Assembly (NCBI GenBank): GCA_001657295.1
Contig: LYSW01000004.1
Coordinates: 3,414 to 67,413, forward strand
Direction: 5' to 3'
Source of the DNA: Oceanicaulis sp. BBD 1991-10
GTDB taxonomy: Bacteria; Pseudomonadota; Alphaproteobacteria; Caulobacterales; Maricaulaceae
DNA: 64,000 nucleotides
Shown: piece by piece, positions 1 to 8,703 of the stretch
Layout: the number at the start of each line of letters is the position of its first letter
Numbering within the stretch: position 1 is the first letter of the stretch
Program-made: the position numbers and the translations under genes
Notes under the pieces: model-generated
What the model saw: only the letters and a program-made list of their open reading frames with translations
What the model was told of the DNA's origin: nothing
Databases searched by the model: none

Positions 1-505
1 CGGCGCGGGCGCGCACTCGGCGCTGGCCGCCAAAACCGTGTCCGCCAGCCTGACCGCCTCTTACGGGCGCGAGGCTGAGCGCTCGATACTGCTCGGCGGC
101 GAAGCGGGCTTCAGCGCCGGACGCTGGTTTGCATCCGCCGAAGCGGCCCGCTTCCAGACGGACTTGCCCGCCGGTGATGAAGCCGTGCACGGCGGCGCGC
201 TTCAAGTTTCGGTCGCGCTGACCGGCGAGAGCCGCATTTATGATCCCAAAAAAGGGGTGTTCAAGCCGGTCAAACCGGCCCGGGCGTTGGGCGATGGCGG
301 CCTCGGCGCCGTTGAGCTGACCGGCCGGATCGATCATCTCGACCTCTCGCCGCTGGTCGATGGCGACAGCACGGCGTTCGGGCTGGGCGTCACCTGGACG
401 CCCCGGGAGAATGTGCGCGTCATGGCGCGTTTCGAAGAGGAGCATGGACGCGGCGCCATGCCGGACAGCCGCTCCCTCGGCCTTCGCGTTCAATTCGGTT
501 TCTAG
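1..505 (+). CDS. outer-membrane beta-barrel porin, OprO/OprP-like (3' part only; 5' end outside window)
   Basis: The frame is open to the window edge; the listed ORF 38..505 only marks the first in-frame start. The sequence alternates in a beta-strand-like pattern and ends ...GLRVQFGF, with the terminal Phe typical of OM barrels. The family assignment is by resemblance only. Confidence 0.45.
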   Translation, partial: GAGAHSALAAKTVSASLTASYGREAERSILLGGEAGFSAGRWFASAEAARFQTDLPAGDEAVHGGALQVSVALTGESRIYDPKKGVFKPVKPARALGDGGLGAVELTGRIDHLDLSPLVDGDSTAFGLGVTWTPRENVRVMARFEEEHGRGAMPDSRSLGLRVQFGF

Positions 506-522
506 CGGTCAGAACGACACTC

Positions 523-972
523 ATGCCCCTCTCCCGCCTTCTCTATTTCAGCCGCGCCCAGATCGATATGAGCGACATGCCGGCGGTCGGCGAGGTGGTG
601 CGCCAAGCCGCGCGCAATAACGCGGCGCATTCGATCACGGGCGTGCTGGCGACCTCTGACGACGCCTTCATTCAGTTGCTGGAAGGCCCCCGCGCCGCCC
701 TCTCCGATCTGCTGGGACGGCTCTATAGCGACCCGCGCCATGGCGGGATCCGGATCGTGGACTTTCAGATGATCGACCGGCGCGTCACCGGCGCCTGGTC
801 AATGGCGGCGCCGACGCTGGAGAGCCGCTTCGCGTATGAATCCCTGTCCTATGACCGGCTGCGCAAGATCAGCTCGAACGACCTGCTGCGCCGGATGAGC
901 CGATATGAGGCCAATCCGCGCTTGTGCATTGAAAGCCAGCTTAACCGCGAAGACTCTTCAATCCTGATCTGA
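523..972 (+). CDS. short BLUF-domain blue-light (FAD) photoreceptor
   Basis: 149-aa ORF. It has the BLUF hallmarks LLYFSRA (Tyr), ITGVL...FIQLLEG (Gln) and W-S-M, and only a short C-terminal tail with no output domain. Confidence 0.8.
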   Translation: MPLSRLLYFSRAQIDMSDMPAVGEVVRQAARNNAAHSITGVLATSDDAFIQLLEGPRAALSDLLGRLYSDPRHGGIRIVDFQMIDRRVTGAWSMAAPTLESRFAYESLSYDRLRKISSNDLLRRMSRYEANPRLCIESQLNREDSSILI

Positions 973-992
973 CCGCGTCACCAGGCCCGAAG

Positions 993-1934
993 CTACAACA
1001 GCGCGCTCGCCGCCCGAGACACCGCGCCGACCTCAAGATCTCCCATCAGGCTTTCTTGGGCGAATCGCAGCCGTCCCCGGTCCTGTTCCCGGGCGGGGCC
1101 GCCGGCGCGAACGCTGGCGGCGTGATCGCCCCAGGGCCCATAGATTCGCTCATCGGTGGGGCCAAACAGTCCAAGCGTCGGCGCGCCCGCAGCGGCCGCC
1201 AGATGCATCAATCCGCTGTCATTGCCGATGAAAAGCGCTGCGCGCTCCAGACACGCCGCCGCCTCGACCAGATCCAGCCTGCCGGCGAGATCAATGACCT
1301 CGCGGCCAGGCAGGGCGTGCGCCACAGCCCCGGTGATGGCCTCATCGCCCGGTCCGCCGAACAGGACGATCGCGGCCCCCGCCAGCGGCGCCCCGTCGCG
1401 CGTGAGGGCGGCGGCGGCCTCGGCGAAACGCGCCGCAGGCCATTCCTTGAACGGCGCCGCGGCCGCCGGCGACAGGGCGAGCACCGGGCGGTCCGGCGGC
1501 AGTACGCCGTCGGCTTTGTCGCGCGCGGCGGCGTCGATCCAGACCCGGGGCGCAGGCGGGGGCGTCAGACCCAGAACGTCCGCCGCCTCCGCGACCCGGT
1601 GGCGGTGCGCCTGGCCGGGACGCCGGCGATTGACCCGCCTTTGACCCGCCATGAGCCCCCAGCTGATCAGCGACGCGCGCATGTCGACGACCAAATCCCA
1701 GCGCCGGCTGACGGTCCGGCGCCAAAGGTCAAACCAGTGCCCGCCGCCTTTCTTTTTGGTCATCACGATGATTTCGCTGACCCGCGGCGCCGCGCGAAAC
1801 AGCGGCGCGGCCAGCGGGCCGCAGGCGACCGTGAACTCGGCGTCGCGATAGGTGCGGATCAGATGGTCCAGGGGCCCGGAAAACAGGACCGCATCGCCGA
1901 TGCGCGTGGCGGTGATGAACAGTATACGCGTCAT
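993..1934 (-). CDS. glycosyltransferase family 9 (heptosyltransferase-like)
   Basis: 313-aa ORF with an N-terminal ILFITATRIGD and a C-terminal FIGNDSGLMHLAAAAGAPTLGLFGPT motif, both typical of GT9 enzymes. Confidence 0.75.
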   Translation of the reverse strand: MTRILFITATRIGDAVLFSGPLDHLIRTYRDAEFTVACGPLAAPLFRAAPRVSEIIVMTKKKGGGHWFDLWRRTVSRRWDLVVDMRASLISWGLMAGQRRVNRRRPGQAHRHRVAEAADVLGLTPPPAPRVWIDAAARDKADGVLPPDRPVLALSPAAAAPFKEWPAARFAEAAAALTRDGAPLAGAAIVLFGGPGDEAITGAVAHALPGREVIDLAGRLDLVEAAACLERAALFIGNDSGLMHLAAAAGAPTLGLFGPTDERIYGPWGDHAASVRAGGPAREQDRGRLRFAQESLMGDLEVGAVSRAASALL

Positions 1935-2020
1935 TTCGGCGTCGGCTTAGCCTCATATCTGCGCCCTGACCAGCCGCCGCCCCTTGATCAACGCAGGCGG
2001 CTTGCCCCACATCTGGCGCC

Positions 2021-2857
2021 ATGAGCGACACACACGACTTCCTCACCGCCCTGCCCGACCGCAGCGTGATCGCCATCACCGGCCCGGAGGCGAAGAGCTT
2101 TCTGCAGCGCGTGATCACGCGCGGCCCGGACGACCTGGCCGATGGCGGCGCCGAATTCAGCGCCTTGCTGACGCCGCAGGGCAAGGTCCTGGCGGACTTC
2201 ATTTTATTCGACGACGGATCAGGCGGCCTCTTCCTTGACGCTCCGGCCTCCGAGACGGCTGCGCTGCTGAAGCGCTTAACGCTTTACCGCTTGCGGAGCG
2301 ATGCGCAGATCGAAGCGCGTGACGATCTGGAGGTGGCGGCGGCGCGGGGCGCGGGCGAGGCCGAACTGAAGACCGTCGCCCTCGCCGCGGCGCCGGATCC
2401 GCGCAGCTCGGCGCTGGGCTTGCGCGCCGTCGTGCCGGCCGGTGGGCCGAGCGCGGAGGTCGGCGGCTATCACGCCGCCCGCATTCAGGCCGGCATCGCC
2501 GAATTCGGCGCCGATTACGGGCCGGCGCAGGTCTTCTCCACCGATGTGAACCACGATTTGATCGAGGGCATCGATTATAAGAAGGGCTGTTTCGTCGGCC
2601 AGGAAGTCGCCAGCCGCATGCACCGCAAGGGCGGCGTTCGAAAGCGCACGATATTGGTCGCCGTCGACCGGCCGGTTGAATCCGGCGCGCCGTTGACGCT
2701 CGCGGACGTGGAGATCGGCGCCGTGAGCTCCGCAATGCACGGATATGCGCTTGCGCTCGCGCGCGTCGACCGATTGTCGAAAGGCCTTGAAGCGGGCGGC
2801 GCGCTGAAATGCGGCGGCGCGCCGGCGCGGCTGATCACTGATATCGGCGCCCTCTAG
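2021..2857 (+). CDS. ygfZ: folate-binding GcvT-like protein YgfZ
   Basis: 278-aa ORF with the YgfZ signature KKGCFVGQEVASRM and an aminomethyltransferase-like N-terminal half. Confidence 0.8.
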   Translation: MSDTHDFLTALPDRSVIAITGPEAKSFLQRVITRGPDDLADGGAEFSALLTPQGKVLADFILFDDGSGGLFLDAPASETAALLKRLTLYRLRSDAQIEARDDLEVAAARGAGEAELKTVALAAAPDPRSSALGLRAVVPAGGPSAEVGGYHAARIQAGIAEFGADYGPAQVFSTDVNHDLIEGIDYKKGCFVGQEVASRMHRKGGVRKRTILVAVDRPVESGAPLTLADVEIGAVSSAMHGYALALARVDRLSKGLEAGGALKCGGAPARLITDIGAL

Positions 2858-2917
2858 CGCTTGCCGCCGGCGTCGAGCTGGCTGAATGTGCGGTGCTGCG
2901 AACGCGAAGGCTTTGTT

Positions 2918-3496
2918 ATGTCCGAACGCTGCCCCTGGCCGGGCGACGACCCGCTATACGTGGATTATCACGACACCGAATGGGGCGTGCCGGAATATGA
3001 TCCCCGCGCCCTGTGGGAGAAACTGATCCTGGATGGATTTCAGGCCGGCTTGTCCTGGATCACGATCCTGAGAAAGCGTGACAATTTCCGAGACGCGTTT
3101 GACGGCTTTGATCCCGAACGCGTCGCCGGATACGGCGACAACGAGATCGACCGCTTGCTCGCCAATCCGGGGATCATCCGGTCGCGCGCCAAGATCGAGG
3201 CGACCATCGGCAACGCCCGCGCCTTCCTCGAGCTTGAGGAGAGCGGTGCGGGCTTCACCCCCTTTTTGTGGGATTTCGTCGGGGGGCGGCCGATTCAGAA
3301 CCGTTTCGCCAGCATGGCGGAGGCGCCGGCGCAGACCGAAATCTCGCAAGCCATGTCGAAGGCGCTGAAGGCGCGCGGGTTTAAATTCTGCGGACCGGTG
3401 ATCGTCTACGCCTTCATGCAGGCCACCGGCATGGTCAATGATCATTTGACCGGATGCCCGCGATACTCGAGCGTAGCGGCGATGGGAGATCGGTGA
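2918..3496 (+). CDS. tag: DNA-3-methyladenine glycosylase I
   Basis: CPWPGDDPLYVDYHDTEWGVP... is a classic Tag N-terminus. I chose the ATG at 2918 inside the longer ORF 2861..3496. Confidence 0.85.
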   Translation: MSERCPWPGDDPLYVDYHDTEWGVPEYDPRALWEKLILDGFQAGLSWITILRKRDNFRDAFDGFDPERVAGYGDNEIDRLLANPGIIRSRAKIEATIGNARAFLELEESGAGFTPFLWDFVGGRPIQNRFASMAEAPAQTEISQAMSKALKARGFKFCGPVIVYAFMQATGMVNDHLTGCPRYSSVAAMGDR

Positions 3497-3741
3497 TGAG
3501 GATTGTGCGCGCCATAACGTTCGCCGCCGCAGCAGCCATGCTGACGGCCTGCGCCGGAACGGAACGGCCGCCGCAGGCGGCGCTGGATGTGCGTTGCGAC
3601 ACGGGCGGGCGGCACGGTCCTTCCGGCGTGATGGACTGGCGCTGTGTCGACGGCGACGGCGAGGAGCGGCTGCGTCCGCGGTCACTTCACGAGGTCATTG
3701 AAGGCGCGCCGATCGAGGAAGATCGGGATGAGGGCCGCTGA
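3496..3741 (+). CDS. small putative lipoprotein (hypothetical)
   Basis: An internal ATG at 3496 overlaps the tag stop (GTGATGA). The N-terminus MRIVRAITFAAAAAMLTAC has a lipobox (LTAC). No family was recognised. Confidence 0.45.
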   Translation: MRIVRAITFAAAAAMLTACAGTERPPQAALDVRCDTGGRHGPSGVMDWRCVDGDGEERLRPRSLHEVIEGAPIEEDRDEGR

Positions 3742-3842
3742 GGCCGCGCTGCACCCGCTTTGAGCCAGCTGTTGGCGCAGCAGGACGTGACGGTTAAGTT
3801 GCCGCCGCGAAACACAAGAGATTCCCGTTCTGGAGAGAATTG

Positions 3843-4994
3843 ATGACCGCCGCCGTCATCCGGTCCACCGGACTTTGGACGCCAGAGGAGTCCATCACCA
3901 ACGCCGAGCTTGTCGATAGCTTCAACGCTTATGTGGAGCGCTACAACCAAGCGAACGCCAGTGAAATTGAAGCCGGCGACATCGAGCCGCTTTCACCGTC
4001 CTCGGTTGAATTCATCGAGAAAGCCTCCGGCATCAAAGCGCGCTATGTCGTGAACAAGTCGGGCGTGCTGGATGTCGAGCGCATGACGCCGCAACTGCCC
4101 CAGCGCCCCAACGAGGATATCTCGGTGCTGGCCGAAATCGGCGTGAAGGCCTGCAGGGACGCCCTGGCCCGCGCCGGCCGCACCGCCGCCGACGTCGACG
4201 CGGTGATCGTCGCCGCCTCCAACATGCAGCGCGGCTATCCCGCCATGGCGATCGAAATCCAGGACGCCCTCGGGATCGAGGACGGCTTTGGCTATGATAT
4301 GAATGTCGCCTGCTCGTCGGCCACATTCGGCATTCAGGCCGCCGCCGACCAGATCGCGGCCGGCCATGCGCGCGCCATCCTGGTGGTGAATCCCGAGATC
4401 TGCTCGGGGCATCTGAACTGGCGCGACCGCGACAGCCATTTCATTTTCGGCGACGTCGCCACGGCCATTTTGCTGGAACGCGAAGACCTGGGCGAAGGCG
4501 GCTGGAAGATCATCGGCACCAAGCTGAAGACGAAATTCTCCAACAATATCCGGAATAATTTCGGCTTCCTCAATCGCACCGAGCGCGTGACCGGCGACAA
4601 CAAGCCGGCGCCCAACGGCGCGCCGGACGACGACAAGTTATTCGTCCAGGAGGGCCGCAAGGTCTTCAAGGAAGTCGTGCCCATGGTGTCCGACATGATC
4701 CGCGGCCACATGGCCGAACTGGGCTTGTCGGCTGACGACATGCGCCGGGTCTGGCTGCACCAGGCGAACATCAACATGAATCTGATGATCGCGAAGAAAG
4801 TCTTCGGGCGCGATGCAGGCGGCGAAGATGCGCCGACAATCCTGGATGAATACGCCAACACGTCCTCCGCCGGGTCGATCATCGCCTTCCACAAGCATTC
4901 CGACGACCTGAACGCCGGCGACAAGGGCGTGATCTGCTCCTTCGGCGCGGGCTATTCGGCCGGGACGGTCTTCGTCGAGAAGCTGCAAGGGTGA
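3843..4994 (+). CDS. beta-ketoacyl-ACP synthase III-like condensing enzyme (long FabH type)
   Basis: Cys-His-Asn triad contexts are present: NVACSSATFG, WLHQANINM, ANTSSAGS. The ATG at 3843 is preceded by GGAGAG; the listed start at 3840 is a TTG. Confidence 0.85.
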   Translation: MTAAVIRSTGLWTPEESITNAELVDSFNAYVERYNQANASEIEAGDIEPLSPSSVEFIEKASGIKARYVVNKSGVLDVERMTPQLPQRPNEDISVLAEIGVKACRDALARAGRTAADVDAVIVAASNMQRGYPAMAIEIQDALGIEDGFGYDMNVACSSATFGIQAAADQIAAGHARAILVVNPEICSGHLNWRDRDSHFIFGDVATAILLEREDLGEGGWKIIGTKLKTKFSNNIRNNFGFLNRTERVTGDNKPAPNGAPDDDKLFVQEGRKVFKEVVPMVSDMIRGHMAELGLSADDMRRVWLHQANINMNLMIAKKVFGRDAGGEDAPTILDEYANTSSAGSIIAFHKHSDDLNAGDKGVICSFGAGYSAGTVFVEKLQG

Positions 4995-6055
4995 GCTTGC
5001 CGCCCGACACCGAGCTTTTGGCGCGCATTCTCGCCAAGACCAGCGAATATCTCGACGTGCCGGGGGTGGTCGGACATGAAGCGCCGCTCCTGGACCACAT
5101 CGCGCGCGATTTTCAAACGCTTGGTTGCGCGGTTGCGCGCCCGAACAAGCTCGCCGTGATCGAAACCGGCCGAGATGGTCCGGTATTCCTCGCCCATTGC
5201 GACCGCCATGGCGCCGTGAGCGATGGTCTCGGCGGTTTCGTCTACGCAGCTCACGCCAGCTTGGACGATGCGGCGCGCGGTGACATCAGCGGCGGCGCCG
5301 ACGCTTTTCTGGCGCAGCTGACCGACCGCTATGGGGGCGAAGAAGTCTTCGCCTATGAGCGTGAAAGCGGCGGGCGCATCGCCTATGGCGAGGTCGGCGC
5401 CGCCGCGCTCGATGAACACGGCCGGGCGATGCTTGTGATCGCCGATCTGCCGGCCCTGCCCAAGGGCACGCCCTTGGCGCTTGCTCGCAGGCTTGAGCGC
5501 AATCAGCGCGGCTTCATCGCCGGGCAGATCGACAATGCGCTGACGCTGGCCGCCCTCAGGGTCTGCGCCGAGTTCGGCCTTGGCGGCCGCATCATCATCA
5601 CCGCGGAAGAAGAATGCGGCCGGTCCGCCGGCCACATGCTGGAGTGGGCGGGCGGCGGCGGTCTTGCGCCGACGCAGGACCTGATCGTGTGCGACACCAG
5701 CCCCTTTGACGACGCCGCCGCGTCTCTGGCCGGAACCGTGATCCTGCGCCGCCGCGACGCCTCGGCGAGCTTTCATGCCGACCAGGTCTCGCGATTGGAG
5801 CGCGCGGCCAACGCGGCCGGGGCGCCGATAATCTTCAAAGACAGTTTCATCGAGCGCGAGAACGACGCTCGCGCCCGGCGCGGAGAATCGCCGAAATCCA
5901 TGGGCGAGACGGAGCTGGGACGCCTGACTTCCCTGTCCAAAGGGGCCTATGCGGGCGCGACGCTTCAATTGCCGACCTTCGATCACCATACCCGCCATGA
6001 ATCCACAACGCCGCGGGCGGTCCTGGCCTTCGCACGCACCTTGATGGCGACATAA
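4991..6055 (+). CDS. M42-peptidase-fold protein (aminopeptidase-like), function unknown
   Basis: The GTG start overlaps the KAS III stop (GTGA). GQIDNALTLAAL...IIITAEEECG resembles the Asp / Glu-Glu metal-ligand region of M42 enzymes. Codon third-position GC favours this strand over the antisense ORF 4952..6139. Confidence 0.55.
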   Translation: MSLPPDTELLARILAKTSEYLDVPGVVGHEAPLLDHIARDFQTLGCAVARPNKLAVIETGRDGPVFLAHCDRHGAVSDGLGGFVYAAHASLDDAARGDISGGADAFLAQLTDRYGGEEVFAYERESGGRIAYGEVGAAALDEHGRAMLVIADLPALPKGTPLALARRLERNQRGFIAGQIDNALTLAALRVCAEFGLGGRIIITAEEECGRSAGHMLEWAGGGGLAPTQDLIVCDTSPFDDAAASLAGTVILRRRDASASFHADQVSRLERAANAAGAPIIFKDSFIERENDARARRGESPKSMGETELGRLTSLSKGAYAGATLQLPTFDHHTRHESTTPRAVLAFARTLMAT

Positions 6056-6090
6056 AAAAAGGCCCTGCCGAGCAGACGCAAGGCAGGGCC
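6054..6090 (-). terminator. intrinsic terminator downstream of amtB
   Basis: Read on the minus strand: GGCCCTGCC-12 nt-GGCAGGGCC, a 9-bp stem followed by T7. A second 9-bp hairpin lies at 6112..6135. Confidence 0.6.
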
Positions 6091-6147
6091 AGTCAGGGAG
6101 GAAAGGGGGGCGGGCGCTTCCCCTTCGAAGCGCCCGCAAGCTGAGTG

Positions 6148-7368
6148 TCAGGCGCTCTCCCCGTGCAGCGCGACATCCAGCCCTGTGACTTCATCTTCCT
6201 CATCGACGCGCAACTTGATCGCACGCTCCAGCAGCCAGGCGATGGCGAAGGTCGCAACAGCGCACCAGGCCGCCGCCGCGAGCGCGCCCCAGGTCTGGGT
6301 CCAGATCAACATCACATCGCCTTCCACGGCGCCGGAGGTTCCCCCGACCGCCTGGGCGGCGAAAACGCCGGTCAGGATCGCCCCCACAAAGCCGCCGACG
6401 CCGTGGAGACCGAAGGCGTCCAGGCTGTCGTCGAATTTCAGGGCGGCCTTCAGCAGCGTAACCGCGTAATAGCAGGCGGTCGCCGCGACTGCGCCGATGA
6501 TGAAGGCCGCATAGGGCTCCACGAAACCAGCCGCCGGCGTGATGCCCACCAGGCCCGCCACCGCGCCTGAGGCGGCGCCGAGGACGCTCGGCTTGCCGCG
6601 GGTGATCCATTCAATCAACGCCCACACCAGCGCGGCCGTGGCGGCGGCGATCTGAGTGACCAGGGCGGCGTGGGCGGCGAGCGCATTGGCGGCGAGCGCC
6701 GATCCGCCGTTAAAACCGAACCAGCCCACCCAGAGGAGCCCTGCGCCGATCACGGTCAGAACCATGTTGTGCGGCGGATGGCCCTCGCCTGGATATCCGC
6801 GGCGCGGCCCGAGCTTCAGCGCGAGCACCAGGCCGGCCACGCCGGAGCTGATGTGCACCACCGCGCCGCCGGCGAAATCGAGCACCCCCGCCTCGGCCAG
6901 AAATCCCCCGCCCCAGACCCAATGGGCGATCGGCGCATAGACCACCAGAAGCCAGGCGGGAATGAAGATCATCCAGGCTTTGAAGCTCATGCGCTCGGCC
7001 ACGGCGCCGGCGATGATCGCCACCGTGATGATGGCGAAAGTCATCTGAAACAGGATGAAGATGGCCTCGGGCAGGCCCGCCGCTTCACTGTCCAGGGACA
7101 ATCCGCTGAGCAGCAATCGGTCAAAGCCGCCGAACACGCCGGTGCCGCCGCCCCCGAACGCGAAGGAATAGCCCGCCACGACCCAGAAGACGGTCACCAG
7201 GCCCGCAGCGCCGACCGCCGTCATCAGGGTCGCCAAGACATTCTGCCGGCGCACCATGCCGCCATAAAACAGCGCCAGGCCCGGCAGCGTCATCATCAAC
7301 ACCAGCGCGCAGGCGGTGAGTATCCAGGCGACGTCGCCGGCTGCGAATACCGGGCCTTCTGCCTCCAT
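6148..7368 (-). CDS. amtB: ammonium transporter
   Basis: 406-aa polytopic ORF with an Amt-family N-terminus (AWILTACALVLMMTLPGLALFYGGMVRRQN) and conserved AGAVAERM and HGVGG segments. Confidence 0.9.
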   Translation of the reverse strand: MEAEGPVFAAGDVAWILTACALVLMMTLPGLALFYGGMVRRQNVLATLMTAVGAAGLVTVFWVVAGYSFAFGGGGTGVFGGFDRLLLSGLSLDSEAAGLPEAIFILFQMTFAIITVAIIAGAVAERMSFKAWMIFIPAWLLVVYAPIAHWVWGGGFLAEAGVLDFAGGAVVHISSGVAGLVLALKLGPRRGYPGEGHPPHNMVLTVIGAGLLWVGWFGFNGGSALAANALAAHAALVTQIAAATAALVWALIEWITRGKPSVLGAASGAVAGLVGITPAAGFVEPYAAFIIGAVAATACYYAVTLLKAALKFDDSLDAFGLHGVGGFVGAILTGVFAAQAVGGTSGAVEGDVMLIWTQTWGALAAAAWCAVATFAIAWLLERAIKLRVDEEDEVTGLDVALHGESA

Positions 7369-7581
7369 CGGGCGCTCCTTTATTCAAATCGCGTCGAGCC
7401 TTGCCGGAGTTCGACGCGCTGTCAGCGCACGGCGTTTATTTTGCAGCGCAGCATGGCTGCGGCGCCGCATCATGAGGCACCGGCGCCCGCACTTCAGGCG
7501 CCGCCAGCGAGATCGGGCCGGCTTCAAAATTCAGCTGACACAAAAGACCGGCGACACTATTTCTCCTGTAAGGAGATTTTC

Positions 7582-8274
7582 ATGGCGCACTCCCGCAAGC
7601 CGACCCCGCACTTTCACGGCCATCGCGACCGGCTCCGGGCGCGATTCGCCGAGGCCGGCGGAGAGGCGCTCGCGGACTATGAGTTGCTGGAGCTGGCGCT
7701 GTTCCGCGCCATTCCCCGCCGGGACGTGAAACCGCTGGCGAAAGCCCTGATCGCCCGCTTCGGGGATTTGGGCCGCGTGTGCGCGGCGCCCGTGGATCAG
7801 CTGGCGTCCGTGGCCGGCGTCTCGGACAAGGCGGCGTTGGACTTGAAGCTTCTGCAAGCCGTCGCCGTGCGGATCGCGCGCGAGCAGGTGGTCGGCCGCA
7901 CCGTGATCTCGTCATGGTCCGCTCTGCTGGACTATCTGCGAACCGCGTTGCAGCACGCCGGCACGGAAGAGTTCCGGGTGCTGTTCCTGGACAAGAAGAA
8001 CCGCTTGGTGAAAGACGAATTCCAGGCGACCGGCACCGTGGATCATGCGCCGGTCTATCCGCGCGAAGTCGTCAAACGCGCCATCGCCCTGGACGCCAGC
8101 GCGCTGATCCTGGTGCACAATCACCCCAGCGGAGATCCAACGCCCTCCAACGCCGACATCGAGATGACCCGGCGCGTGATCGAGGCGGGCCGCCCGTTCG
8201 ACATCGTCGTCCACGACCATATCGTCGTCGGGCGCGAACGCACGGCGAGTTTCAAGGCTCTGGGATTGCTCTAG
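7582..8274 (+). CDS. radC: RadC-family JAB/MPN domain protein
   Basis: The ATG at 7582 is preceded by AGGAG. The JAMM motif HNHPSGDPTPSNAD is present. The upstream part of ORF 6670..8274 is antisense to amtB. The stop shares a palindromic CTAG with the convergent VOC gene. Confidence 0.85.
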   Translation: MAHSRKPTPHFHGHRDRLRARFAEAGGEALADYELLELALFRAIPRRDVKPLAKALIARFGDLGRVCAAPVDQLASVAGVSDKAALDLKLLQAVAVRIAREQVVGRTVISSWSALLDYLRTALQHAGTEEFRVLFLDKKNRLVKDEFQATGTVDHAPVYPREVVKRAIALDASALILVHNHPSGDPTPSNADIEMTRRVIEAGRPFDIVVHDHIVVGRERTASFKALGLL

Positions 8275-8663
8275 GCGGTCGGATCCGCCAGCGGTTGCCA
8301 AAGCTCGACCTTGATGCCGTTCGGGTCCATGACCCATGCGAATTTGCCGTAGTCATAGGTCTCCGGCTCATTGGCCAGAGGCACGCCCTTGTCGGCGAGC
8401 CGGACAAGCATCGCATCCAGATCATCGACCATCAGGTTGATCATGAATGATTTTTCCGACGGCCCGAAATACTCAACATCTTTGTCGAAATGGGCGAAAA
8501 TCGTCCGGCCGCCGGGGCCGAAGGCGTCCGAAGACGCCGTATGCAGAAAATCGAAGCCGCCATGTTGATTGGGCTCCAGGCCCAAAACGTCCTTGTACCA
8601 GGCTTTTGAGGCCTGCGGGTCTTCACACTTGATGAACACCCCGCCGACACCTAACACCGCCAT
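8271..8663 (-). CDS. VOC (glyoxalase/bleomycin-resistance fold) family protein
   Basis: The ATG at 8663 is preceded by GGAGG. MAVLGVGGVFIKCEDP...WYKDVLGL resembles a VOC beta-alpha-beta-beta-beta module. Confidence 0.7.
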   Translation of the reverse strand: MAVLGVGGVFIKCEDPQASKAWYKDVLGLEPNQHGGFDFLHTASSDAFGPGGRTIFAHFDKDVEYFGPSEKSFMINLMVDDLDAMLVRLADKGVPLANEPETYDYGKFAWVMDPNGIKVELWQPLADPTA

Positions 8664-8703
8664 ATTCCGCCTCCATATCTCCACACTCAAATTAGGGTCA
8701 CCC

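Noticed and set aside
1056-2024. 322-aa plus-strand ORF antisense to the GT9 gene
   Set aside because: It is extremely Arg/Pro/Gly-rich with no recognisable domain. The minus-strand frame carries clear GT9 motifs.
4952-6139. 395-aa minus-strand ORF covering the whole M42-like gene
   Set aside because: It is Arg/Gly/Ala-rich and low in complexity, which is typical of antisense frames in GC-rich DNA. It runs through the amtB terminator hairpins, and no motif was recognised. The plus-strand frame has the expected third-position GC bias and is start/stop-coupled to the KAS III gene.
6670-7581. Long N-terminal extension that turns radC into a 534-aa ORF
   Set aside because: The extension is antisense to amtB and has a His/Arg/Gln-rich composition. 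A canonical AGGAG plus ATG at 7582 gives a normal-length RadC.
7369-7581. Sigma-54/NtrC-type promoter upstream of amtB, and the missing glnK partner gene
   Set aside because: No GG-N10-GC element with proper spacing was found on the amtB strand. Absence of an adjacent glnK is noted, but stand-alone amtB genes occur, so it is not unusual enough to report.
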